DNA of 32,000 nucleotides from Ktedonobacterales bacterium. GTDB taxonomy: Bacteria; Chloroflexota; Ktedonobacteria; Ktedonobacterales; JADMIN01. Where the stretch lies: NCBI GenBank assembly GCA_030167145.1, contig CP126532.1, forward strand, positions 840,001 to 872,000, written 5' to 3'. The translations under genes were made by a program, and so were the position numbers. Shown here piece after piece: positions 8,616 to 17,174 of the stretch; position 1 is the first letter of the stretch; every line of letters begins with the position of its first letter. The notes beneath the pieces were generated by a model, which saw only the letters and a list, made by a program, of their open reading frames with translations, was not told the origin of the DNA and ran no database searches.

Positions 8616-9680
8616 ATGGAGAAACCGGCAGGTACCGCCACAGTGAACGCCACCGATGCGCTGATGCGGGTCGAAGATTTGGTGATGCACTTTCCCATTA
8701 CTCAGGGAATCCTCGTCCAGCGCCAGGTTGGCGCAATCAAGGCGGTGGATGGCGTCTCGCTCTCGGTGAAGCGCGGTCAGACGCTTGGGCTGGTGGGTGA
8801 GAGCGGCTCAGGCAAATCTACGATTGGCCGCTGCATTGTGCGGCTGTATAAGCCCACGAGCGGCCATATCTATCTGGACAACGATGACCTTGCCGTAGCA
8901 CAAGGCACGCAGTTGCGCGAAGTGCGGCGCCGGGTGCAGATGATCTTTCAGGATCCGTATGCGTCGCTGAATCCGCGTTTCACGGTCGGCGGGCTGATTG
9001 CTGAACCGATGCAGATACACAAAACTGGCAGTAAGGCGGAGATTCGCGAGCGCGTGGAGCAACTGCTCGATAGAGTGGGCATGAACCGGCGATTCATTGA
9101 CCGCTATCCCCACGAGTTCAGTGGTGGGCAGCGCCAGCGCCTGGCCATTGCCCGCGCGATTGCCATCGAGCCGGAGTTCATCATTGCTGATGAACCAGTG
9201 AGCGCTCTGGATGTTTCGATCCGCGCGCAGATCCTCAATTTGATGCAGCGGCTGCAAGATCAGATGGGGCTGACGTACCTCTTTGTTTCGCATGATTTGA
9301 GTGTGGTGCGGCATGTCGCGCCGCGCATCGCGGTGATGTATCTCGGCAAAATCATGGAGGTGTCGGACCGCGACGAGATCTACAGCAACCCGCTTCACCC
9401 CTATTCGAGCGCGTTGCTCTCCGCCGTTCCTATCGCCAATCCTCGTGTTGAGAAGCAGCGTAAGCGCATCATCCTCAAGGGCGACCTGCCCAGCCCTATC
9501 CATATTCCGCCAGGCTGCCGTTTCCATACACGCTGCCCCATCGCGCAGGACATCTGCCGCCAGGTGGAGCCGCCGCTGGAAGATAAGACCGGCAGCAATC
9601 ATCTCGCCGCGTGCCACTTCTCGGACCGTGTGGGATCGCTCACCAAGGCTGGCAGCGTGCAGGGTCTGGGTACGCTCTAG
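8616..9680 (+). CDS. ABC transporter ATP-binding protein (DppF/OppF-like)
   Basis: Walker A GESGSGKST, signature FSGGQRQR, Walker B FIIADEPVSALD, and C-terminal GCRFHTRCPIAQDIC. The start was moved from the track's 8556 to ATG 8616, which does not overlap the upstream gene and follows GGAAGTAGAGAGG. Confidence 0.92.
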   Translation: MEKPAGTATVNATDALMRVEDLVMHFPITQGILVQRQVGAIKAVDGVSLSVKRGQTLGLVGESGSGKSTIGRCIVRLYKPTSGHIYLDNDDLAVAQGTQLREVRRRVQMIFQDPYASLNPRFTVGGLIAEPMQIHKTGSKAEIRERVEQLLDRVGMNRRFIDRYPHEFSGGQRQRLAIARAIAIEPEFIIADEPVSALDVSIRAQILNLMQRLQDQMGLTYLFVSHDLSVVRHVAPRIAVMYLGKIMEVSDRDEIYSNPLHPYSSALLSAVPIANPRVEKQRKRIILKGDLPSPIHIPPGCRFHTRCPIAQDICRQVEPPLEDKTGSNHLAACHFSDRVGSLTKAGSVQGLGTL

Positions 9681-9723
9681 CGGCCCGTGGCACAGCGTGG
9701 CACGCGCTAACGGATGGGGGTCT

Positions 9724-11037
9724 TCACGGGTGCGTGTCTAACGGGCGCACGATGACCCCCATCGGCCCGAACACGCGCTCGGCGGCCATTTTCAAGCGGC
9801 GCAGGTAATCCTGCCCGGTAGGCGCAGGCGCGAAGAGGTGCAGCACCATCGGCGGCGCGAGCAGTTCGGCGGGCTGGGGCAACGTGAGCGGTCCAGTTGG
9901 CGCGCCGAGCGGTGGCAGCGCACGCGCGGCGCTCGATACCAGTGGCGCGACGATGACTTCGTGCCGCGCCAACCCCGCCTCGCCTGCCAGCCGCGATTCC
10001 ACCGCATCGCGTGCGCGCCACGAGCCGAAGAGCTGGGCGATGCCATCGGGTGACCGCGGCGCTTCGGCCTCCCATACGCACTGGTAGATTGCTCCTGTTT
10101 GCACGCATCGCGTCAACACGGTTAGCCCGCGATCCAGCGCATCGCCCAGCAGTCGCAGCGCCTGTAGGTCGGTCATGTCGAAGAAGGTGCTGGGCAAGAT
10201 ATTGGTGGCCGCGCCCAGGTCCACCGCTTTGCGAAGCATGGCGTGCAGTGCCAGATTGTGGTGGCCCTCATGGAGGTAGGTATAGACCCGCGCCCGGTCG
10301 CGCTGCCAGGCTAGCGCCTGCTGCGCAGCCTCGGTCAACAGGTAGACGCGCTCACGTTCGCCAGATGTGGTGTCTTCGTGCGCGCCGCGCGCCAGCCGCA
10401 GCGCGGATGCCAGCGTTTGGGGGTTATAGTCCGGCGTGCCCAGGCCAGACGCGATCAGGAATCGCGCGATATTGTCGGCATTGTCATAGTCAAGCCTGCC
10501 GTTGAGCAACGCCCCGCGTCCATTTGGTCCCTCACCAACGACGAGTTGCGCCACCTCATCCCAATCCAGCCAGGCCAGTTGACGGCGCGCGGTGGGTGAG
10601 AGCGCAGCGCGCACTTCGCCGAGCAGGCGCGCGGAACGCGCTTCGTGATCTTCGCCAAGGCGCTCGCGCATCAGCGGTTCGGTCAGGTGCGAAAACGGGC
10701 CGTGACCCAGATCGTGGGCAAGTGCCGCCGCATGCAGCGCGCGGTCGCGCGGGCGGGCGAGGCGAGCAAGGTGATAGACGCCGAGCGAGTGGTCGAGCCG
10801 GGAGGGAAACGGACGCCCGAAGAGCAGTTCGCCGGGGACATCCGAAAGCGAGACGCCCGCCAGCCGCCGAAATGGCGGAGTAGCGAGCAGGGCCGCCGCC
10901 CATCCCGCCACACGCATCGTACCGTAGAGCGGATCGGCGATGCCTACCGGGCGTGCCGTGCGGTCGAGGCCGCCAGAGCCTGAGCCGCGAGCTGGCGCGG
11001 ATGGTGTACTTACTACGGCGGCATCACGATCAATCAT
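9724..11037 (-). CDS. HD-domain metal-dependent phosphohydrolase (COG1078 / SAMHD1-Dgt-like dNTP triphosphohydrolase family)
   Basis: Motifs RLDHSLGVYHLA ... AALAHDLGHGPFSHLTE ... GRLDYDNADNIARF give the H..HD..D metal site. The start was set at ATG 11037 (MIDRD...), which forms an ATGA overlap with the upstream ORF's stop. The track's 11151 start would overlap that ORF. Confidence 0.85.
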   Translation of the reverse strand: MIDRDAAVVSTPSAPARGSGSGGLDRTARPVGIADPLYGTMRVAGWAAALLATPPFRRLAGVSLSDVPGELLFGRPFPSRLDHSLGVYHLARLARPRDRALHAAALAHDLGHGPFSHLTEPLMRERLGEDHEARSARLLGEVRAALSPTARRQLAWLDWDEVAQLVVGEGPNGRGALLNGRLDYDNADNIARFLIASGLGTPDYNPQTLASALRLARGAHEDTTSGERERVYLLTEAAQQALAWQRDRARVYTYLHEGHHNLALHAMLRKAVDLGAATNILPSTFFDMTDLQALRLLGDALDRGLTVLTRCVQTGAIYQCVWEAEAPRSPDGIAQLFGSWRARDAVESRLAGEAGLARHEVIVAPLVSSAARALPPLGAPTGPLTLPQPAELLAPPMVLHLFAPAPTGQDYLRRLKMAAERVFGPMGVIVRPLDTHP

Positions 11038-11339
11038 TTCACCCGCACCTGACGCCTTCCACCATGCCCGAATAACCCACTCGCGCTGAATGCCAGCACT
11101 GGAAATGCCGGCAGCCATAGCAGCGCCAGCAACGCCACCACCCAACGCCAACCCGTGCCATAGCGCAGCACATGCGCCACCGCCGAGGCCAGCGCCACCA
11201 GTTGCGCCAGCGCGGCCACCAGAATGAAGCCCGTGACGATGCCCGCATCGCGCAGCACATCATGCCGCCCCGGCAGCAATAAGAGCGCCAGCAGACCCAA
11301 ATCGCCCAGCGCCAGCACACACGCGAGTACCTTACCCAT
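11034..11339 (-). CDS. small hydrophobic membrane protein (about 3 TM), unknown function
   Basis: ORF MGKVLACVLALGDLGLLALLLLPG...VVALLALLWLPAFPVLAF is strongly hydrophobic. GAGGATGAGGTGA lies upstream of ATG 11339. Its stop overlaps the HD gene start (ATGA). The start is uncertain, since the ORF is open up to 11402. Confidence 0.5.
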   Translation of the reverse strand: MGKVLACVLALGDLGLLALLLLPGRHDVLRDAGIVTGFILVAALAQLVALASAVAHVLRYGTGWRWVVALLALLWLPAFPVLAFSASGLFGHGGRRQVRVK

Positions 11340-11501
11340 AGCGAGCGTCACCTCATCCTCTCGCGCCCCGACAGCATAGCAGATGCTCGCGCCGGACCGC
11401 AAACACGCGCGTACTGTTTTCCCGCTTCGCGCGTCATCTCCACAACCGCAACTCTCCCTGCTCTATTCTTTGCCCACGGCCCGAAAGCGGCAGGGCGCAG
11501 C

Positions 11502-11531
11502 TTGACGCGCACACACGCGGCGTGCTAGCAT
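11502..11531 (+). promoter_or_regulatory. sigma-70-like promoter candidate (TTGACG-N18-TAGCAT)
   Basis: Hexamers read directly. Same architecture as the candidates at 13811 and 29941. Lies about 350 nt upstream of the MFS gene. Confidence 0.4.
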
Positions 11532-11538
11532 GCGTGGT

Positions 11539-11640
11539 ATGAGCATCCCCTCGACATTCCGCCCGGAGCGCGACGCACGCGCGCACGGCTGGATGATTCA
11601 CCGGAATCGGAACCGCAACACGAGCCTGGTAGCCGCGTAA
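11539..11640 (+). CDS. possible leaderless 33-codon small ORF (MSIPSTFRPERDARAHGWMIHRNRNRNTSLVAA)
   Basis: The ATG sits 8 nt after the -10 candidate, roughly at the expected TSS. Third codon positions are mostly G/C. The stop codon is embedded in a 10-bp perfect hairpin arm. No SD and no homology is recognised. Confidence 0.2.
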   Translation: MSIPSTFRPERDARAHGWMIHRNRNRNTSLVAA

Positions 11641-11883
11641 GTCCGGCGCATACGCTTACGCGGCAGAGTCAGGCGCCCTCTCGCTCTACCACCCGCACAC
11701 CACCATGAGTAGGTGTCATGTGGTAATGTTTGGCTGCCCCTTCTTCTGCCCCATTTCTCGCCATTTGCGATGATTCCCCTGTCGGTCATTTCCCCGCGTA
11801 TGCCGCTGGATTCCCCACCTCCTCTTGTCCGTCATCACGGCGCGGCCTATCAGCGCGCCCGGTATCTTTGAAGTGGGAATATC

Positions 11884-13152
11884 ATGGCAACGCGCGACAC
11901 TACATCGGTTTTGACTGAACATCTCGATCGCCCCCGCCCACCTTCGCTCTGGCGCAACCGCGATTTTCTGCTGCTCTGGCTTGGGCAGGCGCTATCTTCC
12001 GTTGGCACGGAGGTTTCGTCACTGGCGCTACCGCTGCTGATCCTCGCGCTCACCCATTCACCGGCGCGGGCTGGCGTGGTGGCGGCGCTGGGCGCGCTGC
12101 CCAGCATCGCGCTGGGGTTGGTGGCGGGGGCATGGGTAGACCGCGTAGACCGCAAGCGGCTGATGATCGTCTGCGACATCGTGCGCGCCCTCAACCTGGC
12201 TGCGCTGCCGGTGGCGCTGGCCTTCGGACGACTCAGCTTCGCGCAGTTATGCCTCTTTGCGCTCGTTGACGGCGCGTGCTCGACATTCTTCCGGCTCGCG
12301 AATATCGTCTCGTTGCAGCGCGTGGTGCTGCGCGAACAGATCCCCGCCGCCGTTGGCCGCCGCGAGACCACCGAGGGCATCGTCACCCTGCTGGGACCAT
12401 CGCTAGGTGGAGCGCTCTTCACGGTTGGGCGGGCGCTGCCATTCGTCGCTGATGCCATCTCGTACAGCGCCTCGCTGCTCTCGCTGGGGCTGATTCGCAC
12501 GTCATTCCAGGGAGAGCGGGCAACGGCGCGGGGCCGGCTGCGCGATGAGATCGGCGAAGGGCTGCGGTGGCTCTGGCGGCACCGGCTGGTGCGCTTCATG
12601 GCGCTGGTCTACGGCGGTTTTGGCTTGCTATTTCCCTGTGCGCCGCTCTGTGTGATCGTGCTGGCGCAGCAACGCGGGGCTAGCCCGCTCATCATCGGCG
12701 TGATTTTCGCGATGGGAGGCATTGGCGGCGTCTTGGGGGCGCTGGCGGGACCGTGGGTGCAGCGGCGTGTTCGCTTTGGAAAGCTGATTCCGCTGCTGCA
12801 CTGGGGCTACGCGCTGCTCTGGCCGCTGGAAGTCTTCATGCCCACACCGCTGCTGATGGGCGTTATCGAGGCGCTCTTCCTGGCCAACGATCAGGTCTAC
12901 GATGTGACATGGCCCAGCTATCGGCTCGCGTTGATACCAGATGAGCTACAAGGGCGCGTGACGGGCGCTTCACGGCTGTTTAGCGCAATCGCGCAGCCTA
13001 TCGGCCTTGCCTGCGCGGGCATGCTGATAGAACGCATCGGCGCGGCGCAGACAATGTTGGTGTTCGGCGCGCTGCTGGCGCTGCTGGCGCTGATCGTCAC
13101 GCTGAATCCCACTGTACGCCACGCGCCGCCCATCGAAGAGGTGAGCGCGTAG
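11884..13152 (+). CDS. MFS transporter (DHA3 / EntS-like efflux type)
   Basis: 422 aa with about 12 hydrophobic helices. N-terminus NRDFLLLWLGQALSSVGTEVSSLALPLLILALTHSPARAGVVAALGALPSIALGLVAGAWVDRVDRKRLM is typical of the MFS_3 family. Confidence 0.85.
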   Translation: MATRDTTSVLTEHLDRPRPPSLWRNRDFLLLWLGQALSSVGTEVSSLALPLLILALTHSPARAGVVAALGALPSIALGLVAGAWVDRVDRKRLMIVCDIVRALNLAALPVALAFGRLSFAQLCLFALVDGACSTFFRLANIVSLQRVVLREQIPAAVGRRETTEGIVTLLGPSLGGALFTVGRALPFVADAISYSASLLSLGLIRTSFQGERATARGRLRDEIGEGLRWLWRHRLVRFMALVYGGFGLLFPCAPLCVIVLAQQRGASPLIIGVIFAMGGIGGVLGALAGPWVQRRVRFGKLIPLLHWGYALLWPLEVFMPTPLLMGVIEALFLANDQVYDVTWPSYRLALIPDELQGRVTGASRLFSAIAQPIGLACAGMLIERIGAAQTMLVFGALLALLALIVTLNPTVRHAPPIEEVSA

Positions 13153-13185
13153 GTTTGCCTTGGCCAATAGAAAGGAACCATCACC

Positions 13186-13737
13186 ATGGACCCACGCATC
13201 ATCAAGAGCGAAAGCTTGCGCCTGATTCAAACGGAGCGGCTCCTGCTGCGTCCGTTCACCCTGGACGACCTGGAACGTACGCATGCGCTCTTCGACCGCC
13301 ACCCCGATGTGTGGCGCTTCGATGGGCGCTACCCGCGCTCGCTCGAACAGCGCCGCCGATTGCTGCTCTGGCGAATCGCTGAATTGGAGTATGGCGGTAT
13401 CGGCGCGCTGGCGGTCGCGCTACGCGAGACTGGCGAGCTAATAGGGCAGGTGGGGCTGCAATTCTGGCTCTGCGAGCGCACGGACGGAGCGATGCCTGAG
13501 GTCGAGCTTTTCTATAAGTTCGGGCGCGACTACTGGGGTCAGGGTTACGCCACCGAAGCAGCCCGCGCGCTGATCTTCTACGCCTTCACCGATCTCAAGC
13601 TCAAGCGCATCGTCTCCACGGCTGCCCGCGACAATGCACATTCGGTGAATCTGCTGCGCCGCGTGGGCATGACGATTAGCGACGACCCAACACACCCCGG
13701 CGACATCTTGGGGACGCTGGAAAACACGAATCACTGA
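13186..13737 (+). CDS. GNAT family N-acetyltransferase (RimJ/RimL-like)
   Basis: GAAAGGAA SD. TERLLLRPFTLDDLE ... YWGQGYATEAARALIFYAFTDLKLKRIVSTAARDNAHSVNLLRRVGM matches the acetyl-CoA binding core. Confidence 0.85.
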   Translation: MDPRIIKSESLRLIQTERLLLRPFTLDDLERTHALFDRHPDVWRFDGRYPRSLEQRRRLLLWRIAELEYGGIGALAVALRETGELIGQVGLQFWLCERTDGAMPEVELFYKFGRDYWGQGYATEAARALIFYAFTDLKLKRIVSTAARDNAHSVNLLRRVGMTISDDPTHPGDILGTLENTNH

Positions 13738-13810
13738 TACTGCCATCCATTTGCGCGCCAGCCTGCTCGGATGCCCCATCTGGCAGACTGGCGCGAACTG
13801 TATTCGGCGC

Positions 13811-13839
13811 TTGACAGGTAGCCGTCCGGCTGGTAGCAT
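13811..13839 (+). promoter_or_regulatory. sigma-70-like promoter candidate (TTGACA-N17-TAGCAT)
   Basis: Consensus -35 with a 17-nt spacer, 33 nt upstream of the ATG of the next gene. Confidence 0.45.
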
Positions 13840-13871
13840 CAGATGCGCGACCGTGAATGAAAGGGGACACT

Positions 13872-14345
13872 ATGGAGGCTATTCCGCCGGGGCGGCCACT
13901 TCAGCATGTTGGGCGGCTGCCGGTCATCTTGAGCGCGGTGCAACTGGTGTTGTTGTTGGCGGCCAGCGTGACGCGGGCACGTAATCTGATCTATGGCTGC
14001 ACGTTTTTCTGTGGGACAAGCTTGCATGTGGTGATCGGGGTGCTTGCCCTTGTCCTCAGCGTGGCGATGTTCGTGCTGCCGACAGTCATCGGGGCGCTGT
14101 GCCGAGAATGGAAGGCGGCGATTGTGCTGGCGGTCGCGCCGTGGTGGATTGCCATGCTGCTGCATGCCATGCCACTGCTAACGCCGTATATCGGTTTGGG
14201 CGGCTCCGGTCCAGGTGGACGCTTCGATGCGTCGTTCTGGCTCGACTTCAATCAGGCGGCGTCGCTGCTCATCGGCTTTGCGCTCTTTGCCGCGCTCGGC
14301 TGGTTCGGCTGGTTAGCGCGCCAGATATTCATCCGTCCGCAGTGA
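13872..14345 (+). CDS. hypothetical 4-TM membrane protein
   Basis: AAGGGG SD 6 nt before ATG 13872 (the track ORF starts at 13857). Four long hydrophobic segments. No family is recognised. Confidence 0.55.
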   Translation: MEAIPPGRPLQHVGRLPVILSAVQLVLLLAASVTRARNLIYGCTFFCGTSLHVVIGVLALVLSVAMFVLPTVIGALCREWKAAIVLAVAPWWIAMLLHAMPLLTPYIGLGGSGPGGRFDASFWLDFNQAASLLIGFALFAALGWFGWLARQIFIRPQ

Positions 14346-14354
14346 TGGGCCGCG

Positions 14355-15029
14355 TCACTCATGATAGTTCTGCTCGCCCGCGCGGATGGCTACCGTCAGC
14401 CAGTTTTCGCGCGGCGCAAGCGGGCAGGCCCAGCGCACGTCGTAGCAGCAGGATGGGTTATAAGCATAGTTGAAATCCAGCATGATCTGCCCGCCCGCGT
14501 AGCCCACCGCCGCGCTGGGATCATCCAGACGCTCGAAGTCGCTGCCCTTCACGGTATCGAAGAGATAGCGGCCCGCGCCGTAGCTCTCCGCCGGGCAGGT
14601 GGCATCGCGGAACGGCAGGAATAGTCCACCGCCGTACACGTCAATCCAGAAGACCGTCAGTTGCACGGGTGTGCCTTCGACGGCGAACTCGATTCGCGCC
14701 GCTTGCCGTAGCGGCATGGGATGCGGGCCACTGCTGGGGGCTTCGGTGGTCGCATCGGTGCTGAGCGGCGTGAGGGTGGCCGCGACGCGCAGCGCGGGAT
14801 TGTAGGGGAAGTAGCGCAGGCCCGTGAAGGTGGCGCGCTCATCAGGTGGCAGCGCCGACTGGGGATGCTCGCGGAAGAGCAGGTCTTTCGCGGCACGAAA
14901 ATGCCACAACACCTCTTCAGGGTCCATGCTGTCGCGCAGCGATGCGTCGCGCTCGCGATACATGCGCGCGACACGCGAGCGATAGTCATAGAGGTCCAGC
15001 CATGTCGGTGGTGCGTCGTCGTTTTCCAT
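14355..15029 (-). CDS. DUF1684 domain-containing protein
   Basis: FTGLRYFPYNPALRV ... FRDATCPAESYGAGRYL ... LDFNYAYNPSCCYDVRWACPLAPRENWLTVAIRAGE matches the DUF1684 signature. The start was set at ATG 15029 (MENDD...) after GGAGAC. Confidence 0.85.
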   Translation of the reverse strand: MENDDAPPTWLDLYDYRSRVARMYRERDASLRDSMDPEEVLWHFRAAKDLLFREHPQSALPPDERATFTGLRYFPYNPALRVAATLTPLSTDATTEAPSSGPHPMPLRQAARIEFAVEGTPVQLTVFWIDVYGGGLFLPFRDATCPAESYGAGRYLFDTVKGSDFERLDDPSAAVGYAGGQIMLDFNYAYNPSCCYDVRWACPLAPRENWLTVAIRAGEQNYHE

Positions 15030-15213
15030 CTGTGTCTCCGTTCTGGCGTCTATCCGGCGCTCATGCCCATGAGTCGCTTTCAGGTGAATATACCGCAGAA
15101 CCATTGCACCATAGATGCCATAGCGCATGCTCTACCCGCAGAGCTAGGCGCAATTTGGTGAGAAGGGATACACTGACGGAAGGCATCGGCCATTGGAAAG
15201 CAGAGGCGGACGG

Positions 15214-15942
15214 ATGACGAAGAAGCGGCGGCGCAAGCAGCAGCGGCAACTCCCCGTGCGCATCGCACCGCGCGAGGGCTGGGGCATCGCGCTGGAGGTC
15301 GGTGGCGTGGTGCAGTCGGTGTCGGTGCCAGCGGAGAGTGGCGGTGATGTGGCACAAGATGATGGGCCAAAGCCAGCGCCAGGTGGAGGCTATTGGGGGC
15401 TGATGTTGCCGCCGGATTGCCCGCGTCGGGCATTGCTATTGGGGTTGGGAGCGGGTACAGTGGCGTGGCTGCTGGCGCGGCGTTGCCCTAACGTGGAGAT
15501 GGTCGGTGTGGAGCGGTCGGCGGAGGTGATCGCGTTGGCACGCGCGGAGTTCGCGCTGGATGATCTGCCGTGCCTGCGTGTCATCGAGGCCGATGCCTTC
15601 GCATGGGTGGCGGAGCATGCTGTCACTGAGCCGGGCAGCTATGATCTGATCTGCCTGGATCTCTTCGAGGCGGGGCGGTTGGCCCAGGGCGCGCTGGCAA
15701 CGCCGTTCTTGCGGCAGGTGGCGGCGCTGCTCGCGCCGCAGGGCACGCTCACGGCGAACCTGATGGTGACGGGCCGCACACCGGAGCAGTTGCACCGCCT
15801 GCGCCGCGTCTTCACTACTACCCGCGAGCTACGGCTACGGGGCAATCTGGTAATCCATGCTCAGGTGGCGCCCGTGGCGGAAGATCCCATGGCGGAAGAG
15901 AGAGAACAAACTGAGCTAGCGGTTGAAGATCCGGACCATTGA
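15214..15942 (+). CDS. spermidine-synthase-like SAM-dependent methyltransferase-fold protein
   Basis: Rossmann motif ALLLGLGAGTVAWLLARRCPNVEMVGVERSAEVIALAR, later YDLICLDLFEAG and LAPQGTLTANL. Basic N-terminus. Start ATG 15214 (TTG 15193 is possible). Confidence 0.7.
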   Translation: MTKKRRRKQQRQLPVRIAPREGWGIALEVGGVVQSVSVPAESGGDVAQDDGPKPAPGGGYWGLMLPPDCPRRALLLGLGAGTVAWLLARRCPNVEMVGVERSAEVIALARAEFALDDLPCLRVIEADAFAWVAEHAVTEPGSYDLICLDLFEAGRLAQGALATPFLRQVAALLAPQGTLTANLMVTGRTPEQLHRLRRVFTTTRELRLRGNLVIHAQVAPVAEDPMAEEREQTELAVEDPDH

Positions 15943-15975
15943 CGGGCAAGAGGTATAGGCGGGATATGGAAATGG

Positions 15976-16026
15976 CACATCCTGGCAGAGTGCGTAGCGA
16001 ATTAGCCGCACGTCTGCCAGGATGTG
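15976..16026. terminator. long stem-loop between convergent genes (14-bp perfect arms CACATCCTGGCAGA / TCTGCCAGGATGTG, inner GTGCG/CGCAC extension)
   Basis: Read directly. Sits between the methyltransferase stop (15942) and the trxB stop (16049), so it is likely a bidirectional terminator, although flanking T/A tracts are weak. Confidence 0.55.
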
Positions 16027-16048
16027 GATTGGTGTATATGAGAAGGCG

Positions 16049-17074
16049 CTAATCGGCCTTGGCGCGCAGGATTTCGCTTGCGACGCCCCATTCTTCGGCG
16101 GGTAGCGTCGTCGCTTCGCTCACCTCGCCCTGAGTTTCGAGCCAGCGTTCGGCGTCAATCGCCGCACGGCAGCCATCGCCAGCGGCGGTGACGGCCTGGC
16201 GGTAGCGGTGATCGGCTACGTCTCCGGCAACGAAAACACCCTCAACTCTGGTCATGGTGAACTGCGCGGTTTGCAGGTAGCCGACAGTATCCATCGGCAA
16301 GACGCCCTTGAAGATGTCAGTATTGGGCTGGTGGCCGATGGCGACGAAGAAGCCCTGCACCGGCAGTGTTTCGGTCTCGCCAGTCTGGACGTTGCGCAGT
16401 ACCAGGCCCTCGACGGCGTTCTCGCCCAGCACATCTTCGACGGTGACATCGTAATGAACGGTGATCTTCTCGTGATTGCGGACGCGAAGCTGCATGATCT
16501 TGCTGGCGCGGAAGCTGTTGCGCCGGTGAAGCAAGTGTACGCGACTGGCGTATTTGGTCAGGAAGAGCGCCTCTTCCATGGCGGTATCGCCACCGCCAAT
16601 GACGGCGATCTCTTTGCCCTTGAAGAAGAAGCCGTCGCAGGTGGCGCAGCCGCTGACGCCCCGCCCGCGCAGGCGCTGCTCATTGGGTAGGCCGAGCCAC
16701 TTGGCGCTGGCACCGGTGGCGACAATCACGGCTTTGCCGGTATACGTCGCGTCATCGGTGAAGACCTTGAAAGGGCGCGCGGAAAAGTCCACGCGCGTCA
16801 CGTTGCGGGCGACCATCTCAGCGCCAAAGCGTTTGGCCTGGGCTTCGAACTTATCCATCATGTCGGGGCCAAGGATGCCCTCTTCGAAGCCGGGGTAGTT
16901 TTCGACATCACTGGTGATCATCAACTGGCCGCCGATTTCATCGCCTTGCACGACGAGGGTACGCAGGTTGGCGCGAGCCGCGTAGATCGCGGCTGTATAG
17001 CCAGCGGGGCCGGAACCGATAATGATGATGTCGTAGATCTCCTGGCTTGCGCCAGTGCCGTTGTACTCTGCCAT
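16049..17074 (-). CDS. trxB: thioredoxin-disulfide reductase
   Basis: AAGGAG SD before ATG 17074. FAD motif IIIGSGPAGYTAAIYAARA, redox-active CATCDG, NADPH motif IAVIGGGDTAMEEALFL, and C-terminal GVFVAGDV. Has a tail about 30 aa longer than classical TrxB. Confidence 0.93.
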   Translation of the reverse strand: MAEYNGTGASQEIYDIIIIGSGPAGYTAAIYAARANLRTLVVQGDEIGGQLMITSDVENYPGFEEGILGPDMMDKFEAQAKRFGAEMVARNVTRVDFSARPFKVFTDDATYTGKAVIVATGASAKWLGLPNEQRLRGRGVSGCATCDGFFFKGKEIAVIGGGDTAMEEALFLTKYASRVHLLHRRNSFRASKIMQLRVRNHEKITVHYDVTVEDVLGENAVEGLVLRNVQTGETETLPVQGFFVAIGHQPNTDIFKGVLPMDTVGYLQTAQFTMTRVEGVFVAGDVADHRYRQAVTAAGDGCRAAIDAERWLETQGEVSEATTLPAEEWGVASEILRAKAD

Positions 17075-17145
17075 AATACAGTCGCTCCTTATGCCTGGAT
17101 CTGCCCAGGCGACTACTCCAATTGGAGTATAGCATACCCCAGGGG

Positions 17146-17174
17146 GGTATATCAAGGTGTGCTACAGATAACAA
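17146..17174 (-). promoter_or_regulatory. promoter candidate for trxB (TTGTTA-N17-TATACC on the minus strand)
   Basis: Hexamers and spacing read from the reverse complement. The -10 overlaps an inverted repeat, and the 16-bp palindrome lies just downstream. Confidence 0.3.

Noticed and set aside
9724-11151. 475-aa version of the HD-domain ORF, and the 8556 start of the second ATPase gene
   Set aside because: The N-terminal extensions overlap upstream genes and lack SD sequences. Internal ATGs (11037 and 8616) give canonical N-termini and ATGA coupling or non-overlapping arrangements.
16049-17155. Longer trxB ORF (368 aa) and the 17122 start of the divergent hypothetical ORF
   Set aside because: The extensions read through the shared promoter and palindrome region. 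AAGGAG before ATG 17074 and GAGAGAGGAG before ATG 17287 give much better starts.
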